Positions 1 to 14,590 are shown, counted from the first letter of the whole stretch. The stretch: DNA of 63,250 nucleotides, filler included, from Welwitschia mirabilis (GCA_051453625.1; 5 parts of one record of this genome joined end to end with filler, not necessarily neighbours in it); one strand, 5' to 3'. A program made the numbers and translations. The notes: a model not told the origin generated them from the sequence alone.

Positions 1-317
1 TTCAGAGAAGAATGATCCAAACCAGAAGTTCACCAATTGATAAAACATAAGAGATGTATAATTATTTCTAAGTAAAATCAATTGGATAAAGAGAAGAGTA
101 ATGGAGAGCACTTTATGACACCATATTAAAGTACAAATTTGTAAGTCAAAGGAGGGAAAAAAGGTAATTTGGGTAAAAGATTTTCATGAGATGTAAGAAG
201 AACATTACAAAGAAAACTATCTTTTTATCCATTGAAAACATTTTTATTTTTCATTTTATGATTTTTACTTTTTGGCTCATGGAATGGATAATCTCCCTTA
301 TGATTTTTATTGATAAG

Positions 318-870
318 TTAAACTTTCTTATACTCATAAGGTTTTTTGCCTTCTTTATTCTTAGGTTGATCTTTGCAAAGCACATGCTCACTTGGTTTCA
401 TCTCTCTTTCTTTATGTGGGTGATGTTGCAAAAATAAAGTGGGGTTGACATTATCTTCAATGTTCATCTCATCATCACCCAAATCTTTTTTAGCTACATC
501 AAAGACTCTAATTGTGAAATATCTCTTACCAAAATGACATTTTATTGTTCTTTTTCTTGTATTAATAATGTAGTGGGCTATTGCACAAAAGGCTCTACCT
601 AAAAGTAAAGGATATCCTCTATCATTCTTAACATCTATAATAATCACATCAATGGGGTAGCAAGTCTCTTTTATTTGAATTTCCAAATCTTTAATGATGT
701 CTAATGGTTTCTTAACTGATGTGTCTACTAATTTTAAGATGATAGAAGTAGGCTATATTCTATTTTCCAAACTAAGCCTCTGACAAATGTGAAGTGGCAT
801 AATGTTAACACTTGCTCCAATGTCAATCAAAGCTTTTCTTATCTTTTTGTTTCCCTCTATAGTAACATTC
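318..870 (-). pseudogene. Retrotransposon aspartic protease remnant
   Basis: Minus strand reads RKALIDIGASVNIMPLHICQRL..*PTSIILKLVDTSVKKPLDIIKDLEIQIKETCYPIDVIIIDVKNDRGYPLLLGRAF, with the D-x-G-A-S and LLGR motifs of Athila/Tat proteases and an in-frame stop. Confidence 0.9.
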
Positions 871-1549
871 ACTATTGCTACTCCTAGATCTTTAGATTTG
901 GGTTATTTTTGTAATACTAAATTTGTGAGGGATTGGGTAAGAAAGACCTTACTAGGTATGACTTATTTTTTTTTTTTTTTTAAATTAAGTCTTTCCATAG
1001 TTTTGAGTACCGTAGATTTTCTTACAAAACTTTCCAAAATGGTAAGTTTATATTTACATTTTTTATCAAAGCCTTTAAATGATCATTAAAATTTGAATTG
1101 TTATTAGGCCTCTCAAGCTAAAGGGTAGAAGGACTTTTCTTTTTTTTTTTTTTGCCAAGGGAAGGGAAGTTGTAATCATCTAAATTCTCAATGTCCTNNN
1201 NNNNNNNNNNNNNNNNNNNNNNNNNNNNNNNNNNNNNNNNNNNNNNNNNNNNNNNNNNNNNNNNNNNNNNNNNNNNNNNNNNNNNNNNNNNNNNNNNTTT
1301 TCTTCTAATCAAATCTTTTCATAGTTTTTCATACCCTAGATTTTCTTATTAAACTTTTCAAAACGGAAGACTTATGCTCACATTTTTCATCAAGGCTTTT
1401 AAATGATTATTAAAAATTGAGTTGTTGTTAAGCCTATAAAGCCAAGGGGTAGTTGGATTATTTTTCCCTCTTTTTGCTAAGGGAAGGGAAGTGGCAATTA
1501 TTTAAAATTTTAACATCATCTTTCTCTTCCTCTTTATTGTTTTGGGATG

Positions 1550-2850
1550 TGAAGGATTCACATGGAGGAGGGTTTATTTCTTAACCACTTCTTGTCACAA
1601 ACTTACAATTTTTTCTTAGCTCATTTGGGTTGGGTAAAGGTTGTATAGGTAAAGCTCCTTGAGGTCTTTGATTTTTTAACAATGTTTGTTGAAGGACACT
1701 TATCAAGTTATATGTTTTGGCATTTGTTACCTCTTGTGTTTTTCTCATTTCATCTATAGAGTTTGTAAGTTGATCATTTGAATGTTGAAAATTAGATGAA
1801 CTTATTTGATAATATTTGTTTTGGTTTCTAAAAGGTTGATGATTTTGAAAATAAGGATTTAACCTATGTTGTGCTTAGTTTTGGTTTTGGAAATTTTGAG
1901 ATGGTTGATTAAAAGCAAAAACTTTCTCTTAGATTCTCTCTTTATAATTTATTAAAAGAGGATAATTTTTGGTAACATGATAGTTATCCTGACATAAATC
2001 AGAGGTTTGCACAACATTTCTCTCAATAGCATTTTTAGCATCTAAAATCATTTTTGTGTATTTCTTCAAGTTAGTTCTAAATTTCATCATAGGATTTATA
2101 AGTTTGTCTTCCACCTCTTTTTGCTTCACCTGTTTTAATCCCTTGATGAGTTGGCCTACTGTTTGATTTTTTTTAGGTGTTGATCAAGTTTTACTAACCT
2201 CCATAATTTCTTCTAATTTTGTTTAGGCATCATCTAAGGTAAGGTTCAAGAGGTCTCCTTCACAAAAAAAATCTATAAGTTGTTTTTTGTGGGGAGTCAA
2301 TCCACTATAAAAGTAGTTTAGTTGCTCTACCTTTGAAAAAGCATCTACTGGATTAGAGTGGATTGCTATAAAGAAATGCTCATATGTGGAGGCATGGTCT
2401 TCATTTGGATTTTGTTAAAAATTTATTATCTCCCTTTTTTGTTTCCTTATGGTTTCTTCACTCATGAATCTTTTTATAAAATTTTCTCAGACTTGATCTC
2501 ATATTTTGAGGCTTTTTTGGGATAATGTTTTAAGCCAAAGTTTTTTCCTATCCTTTAAAGTCATGAAAAAGATTACCATATATGTTCTGTTTGTTATTCT
2601 TTTCTTCCCATTTCCTGAAGTAAGGATAAGTTATTCAATGTATCCAATGTGTTGAATGTGATTCTCATCCTCTTCTCCACTAAAATTTAGGTAAGCATGT
2701 AAATTTTTAAGTTCTACATCACCCCTTAAAGGTAGGTTAAATGTTGTTTGAATTTTTTTATTTTTGTTAGCTAATAATTCTTTTAGTGTGAGGTTAGCAT
2801 TACGGGTAGAAAATCCTACTACTTGTTTTTGTTTTTGGGAAGCACTCAAT
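1550..2850 (-). pseudogene. Decayed gag remnant
   Basis: FFMTLKDRKKLWLKTL near 2520-2580 is homologous to the clearer gag at 56155-56600. It lies between the UTR and the protease and has many stops. Boundaries approximate. Confidence 0.7.
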
Positions 2851-3503
2851 ATTGTAGGTTGGTCCTCTCCTTATATAAGGTTTTTGATATGAAAATTAAA
2901 TTCAGAAAAAATAAATTTAGAAGGAGGATTGAGTGCACCTGGAGAGTGTTCTTCTGTCCTTTTTTTCTATGTTTACTAGTCATCCCTTGAGGTTTTTTTC
3001 TAATAGCTTCTTTTATTTGAGGTATTTATTCTTTAGATTTACCATATCATAGCATCCTAAAAATAGAAAACAACATAAAACAATTCAAAAAGTAATAAGT
3101 TGTCATCCTATCTGTCTTTTGAATGATAGATGAGATGACGTACATAGAAAACAGAAAAACAGAAATAGAACCAAAACACAAATAGAAAATAGAAAAATAC
3201 AGAATAATGTCTATCATTCTCCTGGTCATCTAGATGTCACAAGAGATAATAAAGATTAATTTATTACAAAAAATCAAAATCCAAAAAATAAACCAAAAAC
3301 CAAGAATTCACACTATCTTCTTAACTGTCGTGGGAACAACAAAGGGGATGACCACACTTTTTAACAAAAAAATAAAAATCTAAAAAAAGAAAACTAAAAC
3401 GTAGTTACAAAAACCTATAGATTTAATAAAATACATTACTATATAGACAAATATTCAAAGTACTTATCTGAATTGTGACAACCCTTGTGCTTCTTAATAG
3501 CCT

Positions 3504-3521
3504 TCCTCAGCAATAATGCCA
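3504..3521 (-). promoter_or_regulatory. Primer-binding site, degenerate Athila tRNA-Asp type
   Basis: TGGCATTATTGCTGAGGA lies 3 nt after the LTR end (...ACACCGCAACA). Athila consensus is TGGCGCCGTTGCCGGGGA, and the differences are C>T/G>A. Confidence 0.8.
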
Positions 3522-3524
3522 ATT

Positions 3525-4592
3525 TGTTGCGGTGTGTATTTATGCACGATTTTACATTCAAAAAAATTTTATCATTAGTAATCAAAATAGATATTATGCA
3601 TAATACAATGCACTAGAATAATGGAGTGGCCCAAAATGTCATATCTCATTGAAGTCTATTCATAAGGAAACTTAGGTTATGTTTGCAAATAATCTTGGTA
3701 ACCAGAAATAATGAATAACAGTGTAGGAAATTAAACTACCATGTAAAGTAAAATCTAAACTAATATGTAATGAAAAATAATCCTAACCCTACTTTACTCT
3801 TTAGCCTTAATAAGAGCTTTCCTTGATAATCTATATCACCCAAGAAATTTTTATGAGATCTTGAGTAACATTAGATTATAAGGGACATAAGAAATCCTAA
3901 AATGTAAGCAATACAAACATGTAAAGAAAACCAATATTTATATTAAAGTGGTAACAATATCGGGGTTACAAAATAGCTAGGTTTCAATAGAAGATACTGA
4001 GCCCTCTACCAAGTACTCGTCTTTCTGTAAATCTCAAAATAGATTTCTTGCCCTTCACTCTTCTATCACGAGAATCTTTGGTGCATCGAAGATGGAAAGG
4101 AGAGTAGAAGGAGGATCTTATTTATAGGAAAATACAATAGAAATGGACAGAAAGAAGATGCAGTTATGTGCATTCATTAAGTGCACAAAAATGGATGAAA
4201 TAACTAAGAGATTCTATTAGTGACAGTCACATATCAGTGTCATTCAGGATGTCATCCAGATAACTTAAAAGATGACAGACTATTATAAAATATCTCAAAC
4301 ATGATGACTTAATAGTCCACATAAGTGTCATCTTCCTACCTATCATGGTGACAATAGAGGGGACGACAGTCTTCTTTAATGTCTTTCTTGAGGAGAAACT
4401 TAGCCGATTTGTCATGAAGAGCTCTGTTCACTGGAAAGCACCTTAAATGCATCAAATTTGGATAATAATTGCACTTTCTTGAGATTTCCTCTTGTATCTC
4501 TAAAATCCTCAAAATTGTACTTAAACCTATATAAAAGTACTACAAAACAAATCATAAAATCCATCAAATAACTATAAATTGGTAGTGTAATA
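3525..4592 (-). repeat. LTR family A (~1.07 kb), 5' LTR
   Basis: Reverse complement aligns with the LTRs at 13025, 22672, 31114 and 38860. Ends are T(A)TTACAC... and ...GCAACA. Confidence 0.88.
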
Positions 4593-4679
4593 ACCATCTA
4601 CTTAGTCATCTAGATGATAGTTTAGGATGACAGTTAACTTTGAGAAAATTTAATAGAGAATACAAATCTATTTCTAAAT

Positions 4680-7470
4680 CTAAATTTGAAACCTTTACCC
4701 AGTGGAATGAAATATATCTTTCTATGTGATGATTAAAAAAAAACATTGATAATAAAAAAAAATTGTCCCTCAACATGAATCAATTTTAATCTCACTTTAA
4801 AATCTAAGTTTATTGTGTTTGTTTGGTACCACAGAGATTTAATAGACATTTTTACTTTAATTATTTAGCATAAAATCTACCTTGAGGATAATGGAAAACC
4901 TATTATACAATCCTAATGTAGACTAAATCTAGAACTTAAAAAAGTTATAAAGGATGAAATCATTAAATTAATACATGCTAAATTTATTTATGCCATATCT
5001 CATAGTGAGTGGGTTAGCCATTTGATGGTAGTACTTAAAAACGATGAAAAGTAAAGAATATGTATTGATTTTAGAAAATTAAATGAAGTAATAAAGAAAG
5101 ACCCTTGTCCTTTATCTTTTCTTAACCAAATACTTGATAAAGTTTAAGGACATACCTTTTATTACTTTCTTAATGGATATAGTGGTTACAATCAAGTTTG
5201 CATCACTAGTGAGGATTAAGCTAAAACTACTTTTACTTCATCTTTTGGAACTTTTGGATTTTAATGCATCCCTTTTAAAATTTGTAATGCTCTTTGTACT
5301 TTTGGTCATATAATGATGGATATCTTTTTTTAATATGTTAGAGCATTTAATTGAAATTTTAATGGATAACTTCTCAATCTATGGTAAATACTTTGAATAA
5401 ATCTTAACAAGATTAGAGAAAGTCCTTTATAGATGCATTAAGAGTGGCCTACATTTGAGTTGGAAGAAGAGATTTTTTTTTTTGATAATGGAATTGTATT
5501 AAATCAACACATTTATAATAAATAAATTAAAATGAATCCTAAAAAAGTAAGTATCATTTAAAACATGATCACTCTAATTAATGTAAAACAAGTTCAATAT
5601 TTCCTTAGTTATTGTAACTTTTATCATCATTTCATTTACAATTATGCTAAAATTTATAAATCCCTTTACTTGTTACTTGAAAAAGAAGCTAAACTTAATT
5701 AGAATAGACCTTGTCAACTTACTTCTCAAACACTTAAAGATAAAATCTCTTCCACACCTATTGTAATAGGACACAATTAGAATAAAGATTTTTAATTAAT
5801 ATATGATTCTAGTAACATTGCTGTGGGTAAGGTTTTTAGATAAAACTATGAAAATCATTTTAAATTTATATCTTATCATAGTAAAACTTTATATAAAGAT
5901 CAAATGCGTTATGCTACTACTAAGGAAAAAATATTAGCAATAATTGTTTGCCTTGATATGCTTAGAAATTATCTTTTAGGATTCTATACAAATGTTTATA
6001 CTAGCCATGAATCTATTAGATACCTTATGAGTAAGAAATATTCTAGTGCTAGACTCAGTAGATGGATCCTCCTCATGCAAAAGTTTAATTTAACTATCAT
6101 TAATAAAATAAGGAAGTATAATAGTATAGTAGATCACTTGTCACGTCTTTCTTCTTCTCTTGATAGCTTATGATTAATGATTCTTTTTCAAATGAATAAA
6201 TTTTTATCATATCTTTTACTAATCCTCCTTCTTGGTATGCTAACATAGTTAATTATCTTGTTACCATCAAAAACACCATAACATTCTACTCATACTCAAA
6301 GAAAACATTTTCTCCATAGAATAGATGATTATGAATGGATACAACCACATTTTTACTATAGATGCAAAGATCAAATCATGAGAAAATGTGTGCTCTAATG
6401 TGAAAAATTAGACATCCTTCATCTTTGTTATGGTGGTGTTTGTGAAGGTCATTTTATTAGATAAAACATAGCTATGAAAATTCTTCACTCTAACTTTTGT
6501 TGGCTTAGTCTTTTTTAGGACTCTTTTGATTTTGTTATAACTATGATGCTTGTCAATATTATGGTATCATTATTCATTTTTAAGCTATGCCCTTTGAACT
6601 CATTGTTGAATGTAAACCTTGTAATTATTGAGGAATTGATTTTATAGGCACTATCAAACCATATTCTAATAATAAAAACTACATTTTAATGGTTGTTGAT
6701 TATATTATTAAATAAGTTAAGCTATTCATACTTCTATGAATGATGCCTAAAAATTTATTTTTTTTTTAAACTTATATTTTTCAACATTTTTATTTTTCTA
6801 GAATTATCATTAGTGATTAAGAAAATCATTTTATTAATTAAAGTTTTAAGAAACTTATTTTATCCATTGGAATTGACCCTAGAGTAGCTTATGCTTATCA
6901 TCCATAAACCAATGGTAAAGTTAAAAATGCAAATACAGAAATAAAGTAAATGCTAAAAAGCATTGTCTCTATTAATAATAAATCTTGGGCTTCTAATCTT
7001 AACAATGTTCTTTAGGCTTACTATAATACTTAGCATGATTCTCTTGGTTTTTCATCTTATAAATTTGTGTATAGAAAAGTTTGTTTTACTAGTTAATGTA
7101 TGTTATAACTCTTATCATTCTTTTCATTAACTTAATCTTGTAGACCTTTATAAGAATTTTAACAATAGATTAACCCAACTTTATTACTTAGATGAAAAAC
7201 ATACTCATGCTATACATCGTTAACTAATTCACAAAGCCCAAGCTAAGTTTAAACATAATAGAAAGTTACTTTATAAGACGTTCAGACCTAGTTAACTTAT
7301 CCTTTTATATAATAGTAGAGTACATATTTTATATAACAAGTTGAGTTCTAAATGATCAGGTCCTTATCTTATAGAGAAAGTACATTCTAATGGCTTTATT
7401 GAGATCTATAACTTAGAAACTAAGGAGACTTAGAAAGTTAATAAACAAAGCTTGAAAACATATGATAAAC
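4680..7470 (+). pseudogene. Decayed Ty3/Gypsy (Athila-like) pol: RT, RNase H, integrase
   Basis: RT: YFLNGYSGYNQ (~5165) and MDNFSIYG (~5360). RNase H: RYATTKEKILAI...ARLSRWILL (5904-6173). Integrase: WYANIVNYL, *GIDFIG, YHP*TNGKV, *SGPY, KVNKQSLKTY. Domain order is Gypsy; many stops and frameshifts. Confidence 0.93.
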
Positions 7471-9849
7471 TTTTTAATGTAATATTGAATATGATAAAAG
7501 CAATTTTTTTAAATGTTTTCCTCAAATGAAAGAACTTCCACACTATTATTTTCTAAATTCTCTCTTTGCTTATTCCTTTGATGGATGTTATGATATCACT
7601 TAATCATCTTTTAAACTTAACTTATGTGTTTGCTTTATAAATTTTCTATGACTAGTATTCATAATTGAGCATTTTTATAATGATAAGATTGGATTTATCT
7701 AATGTTAAGACATTCACATATTTATGAACTTTATTCTAAAGGAAGATGTCTTGGTTCTTTTTCTTTTATTTAATGGTATGAGGTCTTTGATTATTTAGGT
7801 GTGTTTTTTTTGTCTTTCATCTCATTTATTCACTTTTATCTTTTTAAGAATGTGATCATGTGAGAATTATTTCTATGGGAAAATAATAATGGTCTATTAT
7901 ATTTGTGTTAAAATACATAGTCATGATGATGTTCTACCACACTAGGGTACATTTGTCTAAAAGGAACCTTTGATAGTGTTAGTAGCTATGGGAACTTCAC
8001 TGGAGGATTAGTTGATCATGCTTCATGGATTCTTACTTCTTTGATGTTGGATTCATTTTCCTCATCATGGAAAAGTAGTAATAAAACTTTGAGGCTAGGG
8101 ATTAGTGCTATTTTTGGTATTATCAGAGGCATTGCTTATTTCCTAGATTTTTACTCTTCTCACATAATCAGTTTACTTTTAAGAATTTATGTGTGTTTTG
8201 TGGTGTGAAGAGATAAATTAATTTCTAAATAGCTTTTGATCTTATCATTCATTATTCTAGGCAATTGCTCTTTCGTGTCATCATAATTACTACCTTTTTA
8301 AATGAAAATTTATGGAGTCAATATGTTCTATTATGCATATTTACTTAGGTGGCTTTATGATGTCTTCTAAGGGGGTTTGCTAGGTTAGAATTTAATATAG
8401 GTAAGATATCTTCTTCATGTTCCTTATTTCTATTTTCATTCTACTTTTCTTCGATTCCTTAGTTTGCTATTTCAAAGTTATTTCTATACTTGTTCATCCT
8501 CATCTAGGATCTTATCATTTAGTAGTTTTTTTGTTATTATTCATGTTATTTCTATTAATAACAAGTTAACCTTCTTTTAACATTTTTAATTAGATGATAA
8601 TATCTTATTCTTTACTATGTTTATGAGATTTCTTTAAGTCTTTTAGAGTTCTACATATTTTAGGATTATTTTTTAATTTAGGTACATTATTTTATTTTCT
8701 TTGATAGCATTTATCCTACTTAGTGAAATTTTTATTACCCTATCTTTTAGTTATTTTGTGTTTTCCTCCTCATCTTCATTTGTTATTATTCTTCATCATT
8801 TCCAATTTTTTAAGCCTTATGATACATTATAATAGCTTTAGACTAATATCTAAGCCTAACTTATTTCATTGACATTTTAGCTTTTCTGAAATTTTTCAGT
8901 CTTTCATCAACTTGGTTGTCTAAATGATACTAGATAATGACACTAGGATTTTTTTGATAATTGTCCTAAGGCTATTGTCTAATGACGTGAGTAGATGATA
9001 GTGTGATAAAATCATGATTTGAATTTTCTTCTTTTCTCTATCATTTTTGTCCATTTTCCTAAAAGACAACAATTACCGTAATTCCTACTAACATTCTAGA
9101 AGTTGTCCTAATTATATTTGCATCTAGAATTGTTAGATTTCACTTAGACTGTGAAAAATGAGGTATGATTTTCTCTTCCTTATTATTTTTAAGTTTTTCT
9201 CCCATTTTTAATCCTTTTAGTGCATAGTTTCCATGTATGTTATCCACTTTTTAATGCTTTTCAATTTAGAACTTATTAATTTGGTTTTCATTACATATTT
9301 TACAAGTTATCACAAATTATGCATTTTATGAGATAGAATTAGATTTTTAACTTTAAAACTCATTTTTTCATAAACTATAACTTGACATGTAGTGATCCTT
9401 TAGGAACAATTTATCAATACAATGTGCTTTACATTTTTAGTAGATTATTATTTTTATTTAAGCACCTTCATTTTTCACTTTATATGGGGTCCATCTAATT
9501 TATAGTTTTTAACTTTTTTTATACATTTTGAATTTTTGTTCACACGAATAGATAATATGGGATGTATTAATATTTTTAAAGGGTGTAGAACATATTTTGC
9601 AATTCCTACACATTAAAAATCATTTTATGGAGTCGCTTAGAGCTTTTACATAATACATCATAAAGATTTCCTTTTGACTTTGCATGACATTTTTCATATT
9701 TATAACTGAGTAGGCTGTGTACACATTGATTTAGATAGACTGAGGGAGAGGCCAAGATTTTTGTGTATAAGCTAGATTCATTGGCACCACCAGAGGTCAA
9801 ACATGCAGAGCCATCCACGTTCTACCTTGTTATGCCAGATCAGTAACTG

Positions 9850-11560
9850 TTCAGACAATGACCATTTATGTTGAGAGGAACTTTGGTATTTCATAAGCCA
9901 CATAGAGCTACAGGGGAACTAGAAATTGATAAACTTATAGCTTATATGGATGTTAAATTCATAGAAAATGTACTACATACCCAAGGGATGTTCTATGACA
10001 CGATGCATATAGAGCATTGTCTTGATGCTCATGGACAACTTATTGATATGATAGTAGCCACTATTTGTAGCCATTAGATCACCATCATTCCAAACCATAT
10101 TATTATAGAGATTGATCTTAGTGGTATTAAGAGTATGCATATACATTCAACTAGTAACACATAGGAGCACCATGCTTACGATGCAATACTTGATGTACTA
10201 GCAAATTTAACTTTAAATATACAAGGAGTTCTAGTTACACAGTTAATACTTACCTATTGGATTTTACATAGAGGGTTAATTCATAATATCAGTCCATTCT
10301 TCCATAATAATCATGCTATAATAGTACATTTATAGATATTATTAGTATTCAGGTAGGCAAAGTAGATGGATTTGTTAGCTTTAAACTCTAGGATATCTGT
10401 GCCTTCTCTTAGTTATGTTTAAATGATTTAGCATACCCAAGCATAAGGGCAAGTAGAAATTCATGCATATACAAACTTTAGCTAATTACCTATAGGATAT
10501 GGACATCTAGGCACTAAAAGTATTAGAAAGACCTTAGGTACAGAGACCTATAGTTGGCACTTCTATAGAGCATATATAGGATCTCTTAATAGAGATCAAT
10601 TAAACTATTCTAGAGATAGTAAACTAAGGAATATTCACACTAGAGCAAAGGACCACTATGATTGAGAGAATAGTATAGCACACTGAGAAGTGGCTAGCAT
10701 ATCTTACAGATAGATCACAATGTGATTGTAGACCTTCTAGAGACTATTNNNNNNNNNNNNNNNNNNNNNNNNNNNNNNNNNNNNNNNNNNNNNNNNNNNN
10801 NNNNNNNNNNNNNNNNNNNNNNNNNNNNNNNNNNNNNNNNNNNNNNNNAACAGAGGAGCATCATGCTAACAGTGGAGCTTTAGATATTCTAGCTAACCTA
10901 CCTATAGATAAGCGGGGAGTTTTAGTTACATAGATATTACTCTCCTGTTAAATTTGTTATAGAGGACTAATTTATAACATCAACCCATTATTCCATGATG
11001 GTTATGCGATGATTGTACATCTTCAGGTGTTAGTTGTGTTCAAGTAAGGGAGTAGATGGATCTATCAACTTTCATTTGAAGGAGACTAATGAGCATAATT
11101 GAGGCATGATAGCTTCAAAATCTGGGATATCCATGTCTCCTCTTAGCATGTTTAGATGTTTTAGGGTATCTGAGCCTATGAGTAACTAGAGGCTTACACA
11201 TATTCAGTCTTCAGCTTATTACCTATAGGATATGGGCATCTAGATACCAAAAGAAGTAGAGAGACCTCAGGTATAGAGACCTATGTCTAGCATTACTATG
11301 AAGCATATTTAGGCTCTTCTAACAAATATTACATAGAGTATTTAAGATATAGTAGATTAACACATCTCTATTCGAGAGATAGTAGACCAAGGAATCTCTA
11401 CACTTGAGTAGAGGATCTTGATGGTTGAGAGGAAAGTATAGTATACCATGAAGTAACTAGCTGATGTATGACAACACATCTTATGTATTGAGCATGATGT
11501 GATAGTTGACTCTCATAGGCAATTATAATGTAGAAAGGTAAGATAGCATGCACTATCATA
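9850..11560 (+). pseudogene. Decayed extra (env-like/ORF2-type) ORF 3' of pol, partly duplicated across a gap
   Basis: Coding-like frame (ORF 9868-10077 continuing through stops to ...YWILHRGLIHNISPFFH...) lies between integrase and PPT, where Athila elements carry an extra ORF. 10160-10748 recurs diverged at 10849-11520. Confidence 0.5.
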
Positions 11561-12212
11561 ATGTCATTGGACCATCATTTCACTATAAATCATAAGCATT
11601 ATCCTTCTTCTCGACCTGCACCTGATTGTACTGCACATCAAGGGTTTATCATGACTCAATAAGGGAAGTGATTTATTTATGTTGTATTATGTATACATCC
11701 CTTCCCCATTCCCCTATGGATTATATAAAACTTATGATTTATATAGACATATCATTTTTTAGACATATCATTTTTTAGTATCATCATGGCGTAGATCTTT
11801 ATTGTTAGATATTATGCATATTTTTTCATATCATGTTTTTTCACACTTCATGATGAGGATTATTTATGTTATAAATGATTATTTTTTAGTATCTATTGTA
11901 CATTTAAGTGGGTGCTACAAATATCGATGCATTTTAATGTTTTTCTTTCTAAAAATTTTCTTGTAAGCTTTTGCTTTTCAAGACCAATTTTTCATCCTGT
12001 TATCCCCTCCATCGTCTGGATGACCATAAGGATGATAACATGACCACTTATACTATACAAGTGAAATGTTTAGTTATCTATTTTTGACATTTCTATTTTG
12101 CATTTGAAAATTTCTAAAAATCTTCTTGAGCTATTTCACATTTTTCGAGTTGATTTACTATTAGTCAATCTGGCTTATAATTATGGTTATCACCTAGTAT
12201 TGTGATGGATTA

Positions 12213-13024
12213 ACAAGGCCAGGGCTATGTTAAGATACCAAATTATATGTATTTAATAGGGTATTTTCTGTAGTTTTATAGGACATTAGATAGGCTTATG
12301 TTAAGTTTCAACAATAATGAAGAGCTAAGGCAAATGTCACAAAAACATGTCATCTTCATTAAATTTGATAGCATTTGAAGCAATTTATAATATTTCTTAT
12401 CTAAGACAAGAATCCTACAAAAAAAGAGGATAATGAAACATAATAAATACTTAACAAAAGTCCCTCATTCACCTCATCATCTAGATGATTGTATGGATGA
12501 CAGAACACCAAGGTTAAAGAGGATGCCTACTAGATTAATCTGGCAGTTGATGAGGAACTTATATTATGTGGCATCATCTCCTGTAATATTTGAATGACTT
12601 ATATAACTATACTTAAAATAAATGCTTCATTAAAATTTACCAAACTCTGGCCATGTGGCTTACATTTTCTCACATAGTTGTTAGGGTTTTTAGCACATGT
12701 GTTTATATTTTTCAATTTTGGAGTTTATTTTATAATAAATACCTCCTCTTCACTTGACTACGTTTTCATATTCTTTGGTATCAAAAATCCTTATGTTAGA
12801 AGATCGAAGAGTAGAAGATCCATCCATTGTTGTTGCAGAGAGACATCTTCCTTGGTGTTGAGCTATGTATCCTTTATTGAGGTGCTACTACTTTGTAACA
12901 TGGATGTCTAGTTCTTAAAACTCTAGTTTTCTTTTCATATCTTTTGTTATGTGAATTTTCCTCATGGTTCATGCTTCTTCTAATTCCATGATGATTCTTT
13001 GGTGATATAGATCATGAGGGAAAT
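12213..13024 (+). repeat. Degenerate PPT and 5' part of a 3' LTR (second subfamily), interrupted by an LTR-A insertion
   Basis: ACAAGGCCAGGGCTA|TGTTAAG at 12228 resembles ACAAGGCTAAGTRGGGGCTA|TGTTG at 22672, 18759 (-) and 58353 (-). Confidence 0.6.
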
Positions 13025-14590
13025 TGCTGCACTACTAATTTACAATTATTTGATGGTTTTTATGAGTTGTTTTATAGGAATTTTATATAGGTTTAGGTGC
13101 AATTTTAAGGATTTTGGAGATACAGAAGGAAATCTCGGAAAAGTGCAGTTATTATCCAAATTTAATGCATTTAAGGCACTTTTTGATGAATAGAGCTTTT
13201 CATGATAAAACTACTAAGTTTCTCCTTAAGAAATATATTAAAAAATACTGTTGTCTCCTTCATCATCCACATGACAGGCAAGACGATGATATTTATGTGG
13301 ACTACAGAGTCATAACTTTTAAAGATATTTTAATGTACTGTCATCCCTCATGTCATCCAGATGATAGCCTGGATAACACTGATATGTAACTGTCAATGAT
13401 AGATTCTCATAACCCTTTTGTTTATTTCTGAGCCCTTAATTAGCACATGTAATTACACCTTCTATCTATCTATTTCTATTATATTTTCCTATAAATAAGA
13501 CCTTATTTGACTCTCCTTCTCATCTTTGATGCACCATAGATTATTGTGATAGGAGAGCGAAGGGTGAGAGATCCATCTATATGTGTTGCAGAAAGATGTG
13601 CACTTGATGGAGGGTTGAGTATCTTCCATTGAGACCCGACTATTTTGTAACTTGGATGAATGTTCCTCTTTAATATAAATCTTAGTTTTTAATTTCATGT
13701 TTGCATTATAGATCTTCTTGTGATCCTTATAGTCTATGTTGCCCTTGATCTAATGATAATTTCTTGGCTGATATAGATTTTCAAGTGCAACCTTTATTAA
13801 GGCTGAAAGCAAGTAGTATTAAGTTCATTTTGCATTTGCATTTAAAATAGTCGCATTTTATGTTTTACATTGTAACTTTATTTCTTTACATTGTTGGTTT
13901 CTTTTATTCTGCAAAGTAACCTAAGTCTCATCTCATAGACTTCAATGAGATATATCATTTCTAGTCTACTCCCATTATATTAGTATGTTATATTGTATGC
14001 GATAATTATTTATTTTATATTGACAGAATCCTTTGAGGTTAAGCACTCGCATAAATACACACCATAATAAATTAGTGCCATTACTAGGGCAAGCTATCAA
14101 GAAGTCCAAAGGTTGTCATCATTCAGATAAGCATACTAGTTATTTGTCTATGTAACATTTTATTTTATTAGGAGCTTTAGATTTTCTATGTACTATGTTT
14201 TAGTTTCAGTTTTTCAGATTTTGATTTTCTATAAAAAAGTATAGTCATCCCCTCTGTCATCTCCACGATAGACAGGACAACAATTCATTTTGTTTTCAGT
14301 TTGTTTTTTTGGATTACAATTTTTTCTACAATAAATTAATCTCTATCATCTCCTATGACATTTGAACAACTAGGTGGACTATAGGCCTATTTTCTGTGTT
14401 TTCCACTTTTTATTTTTGTTTTGTTTCTCTTTCTGCTTTTTTGTTTCTGTGTGTGTCATCGCTTCTTTATCCCCATAATAGACAGGATGATGGTTTGTTA
14501 TTTTTAATTTGTTTTCTATTATTTTCTATTTATAAGAATTATGATGTGATTAGTCTAAAAAAAGGCTTATCAGAGAAAAAAGAGCAGCCT
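13025..14590 (+). mobile_element. Athila-like LTR-A (13025-14069), PBS (14073-14090) and 5' UTR, truncated
   Basis: TGCTGCACTACT start and ...ACACCATAATA end, then AAT-TAGTGCCATTACTAGGGC. The UTR matches 32993-33480. Confidence 0.85.

Larger units (their letters stand above)
1..4592 (-). mobile_element. Athila-like Ty3/Gypsy element (5' LTR-PBS-UTR-gag-protease), cut by window edge, apparently lacking RT/RNaseH/INT
   Basis: LTR 3525-4592, PBS 3504-3521, gag and protease motifs on the minus strand. Bases 1-130 match the non-coding 3' region of related elements (35755-36060, 20658-20710). Confidence 0.85.
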
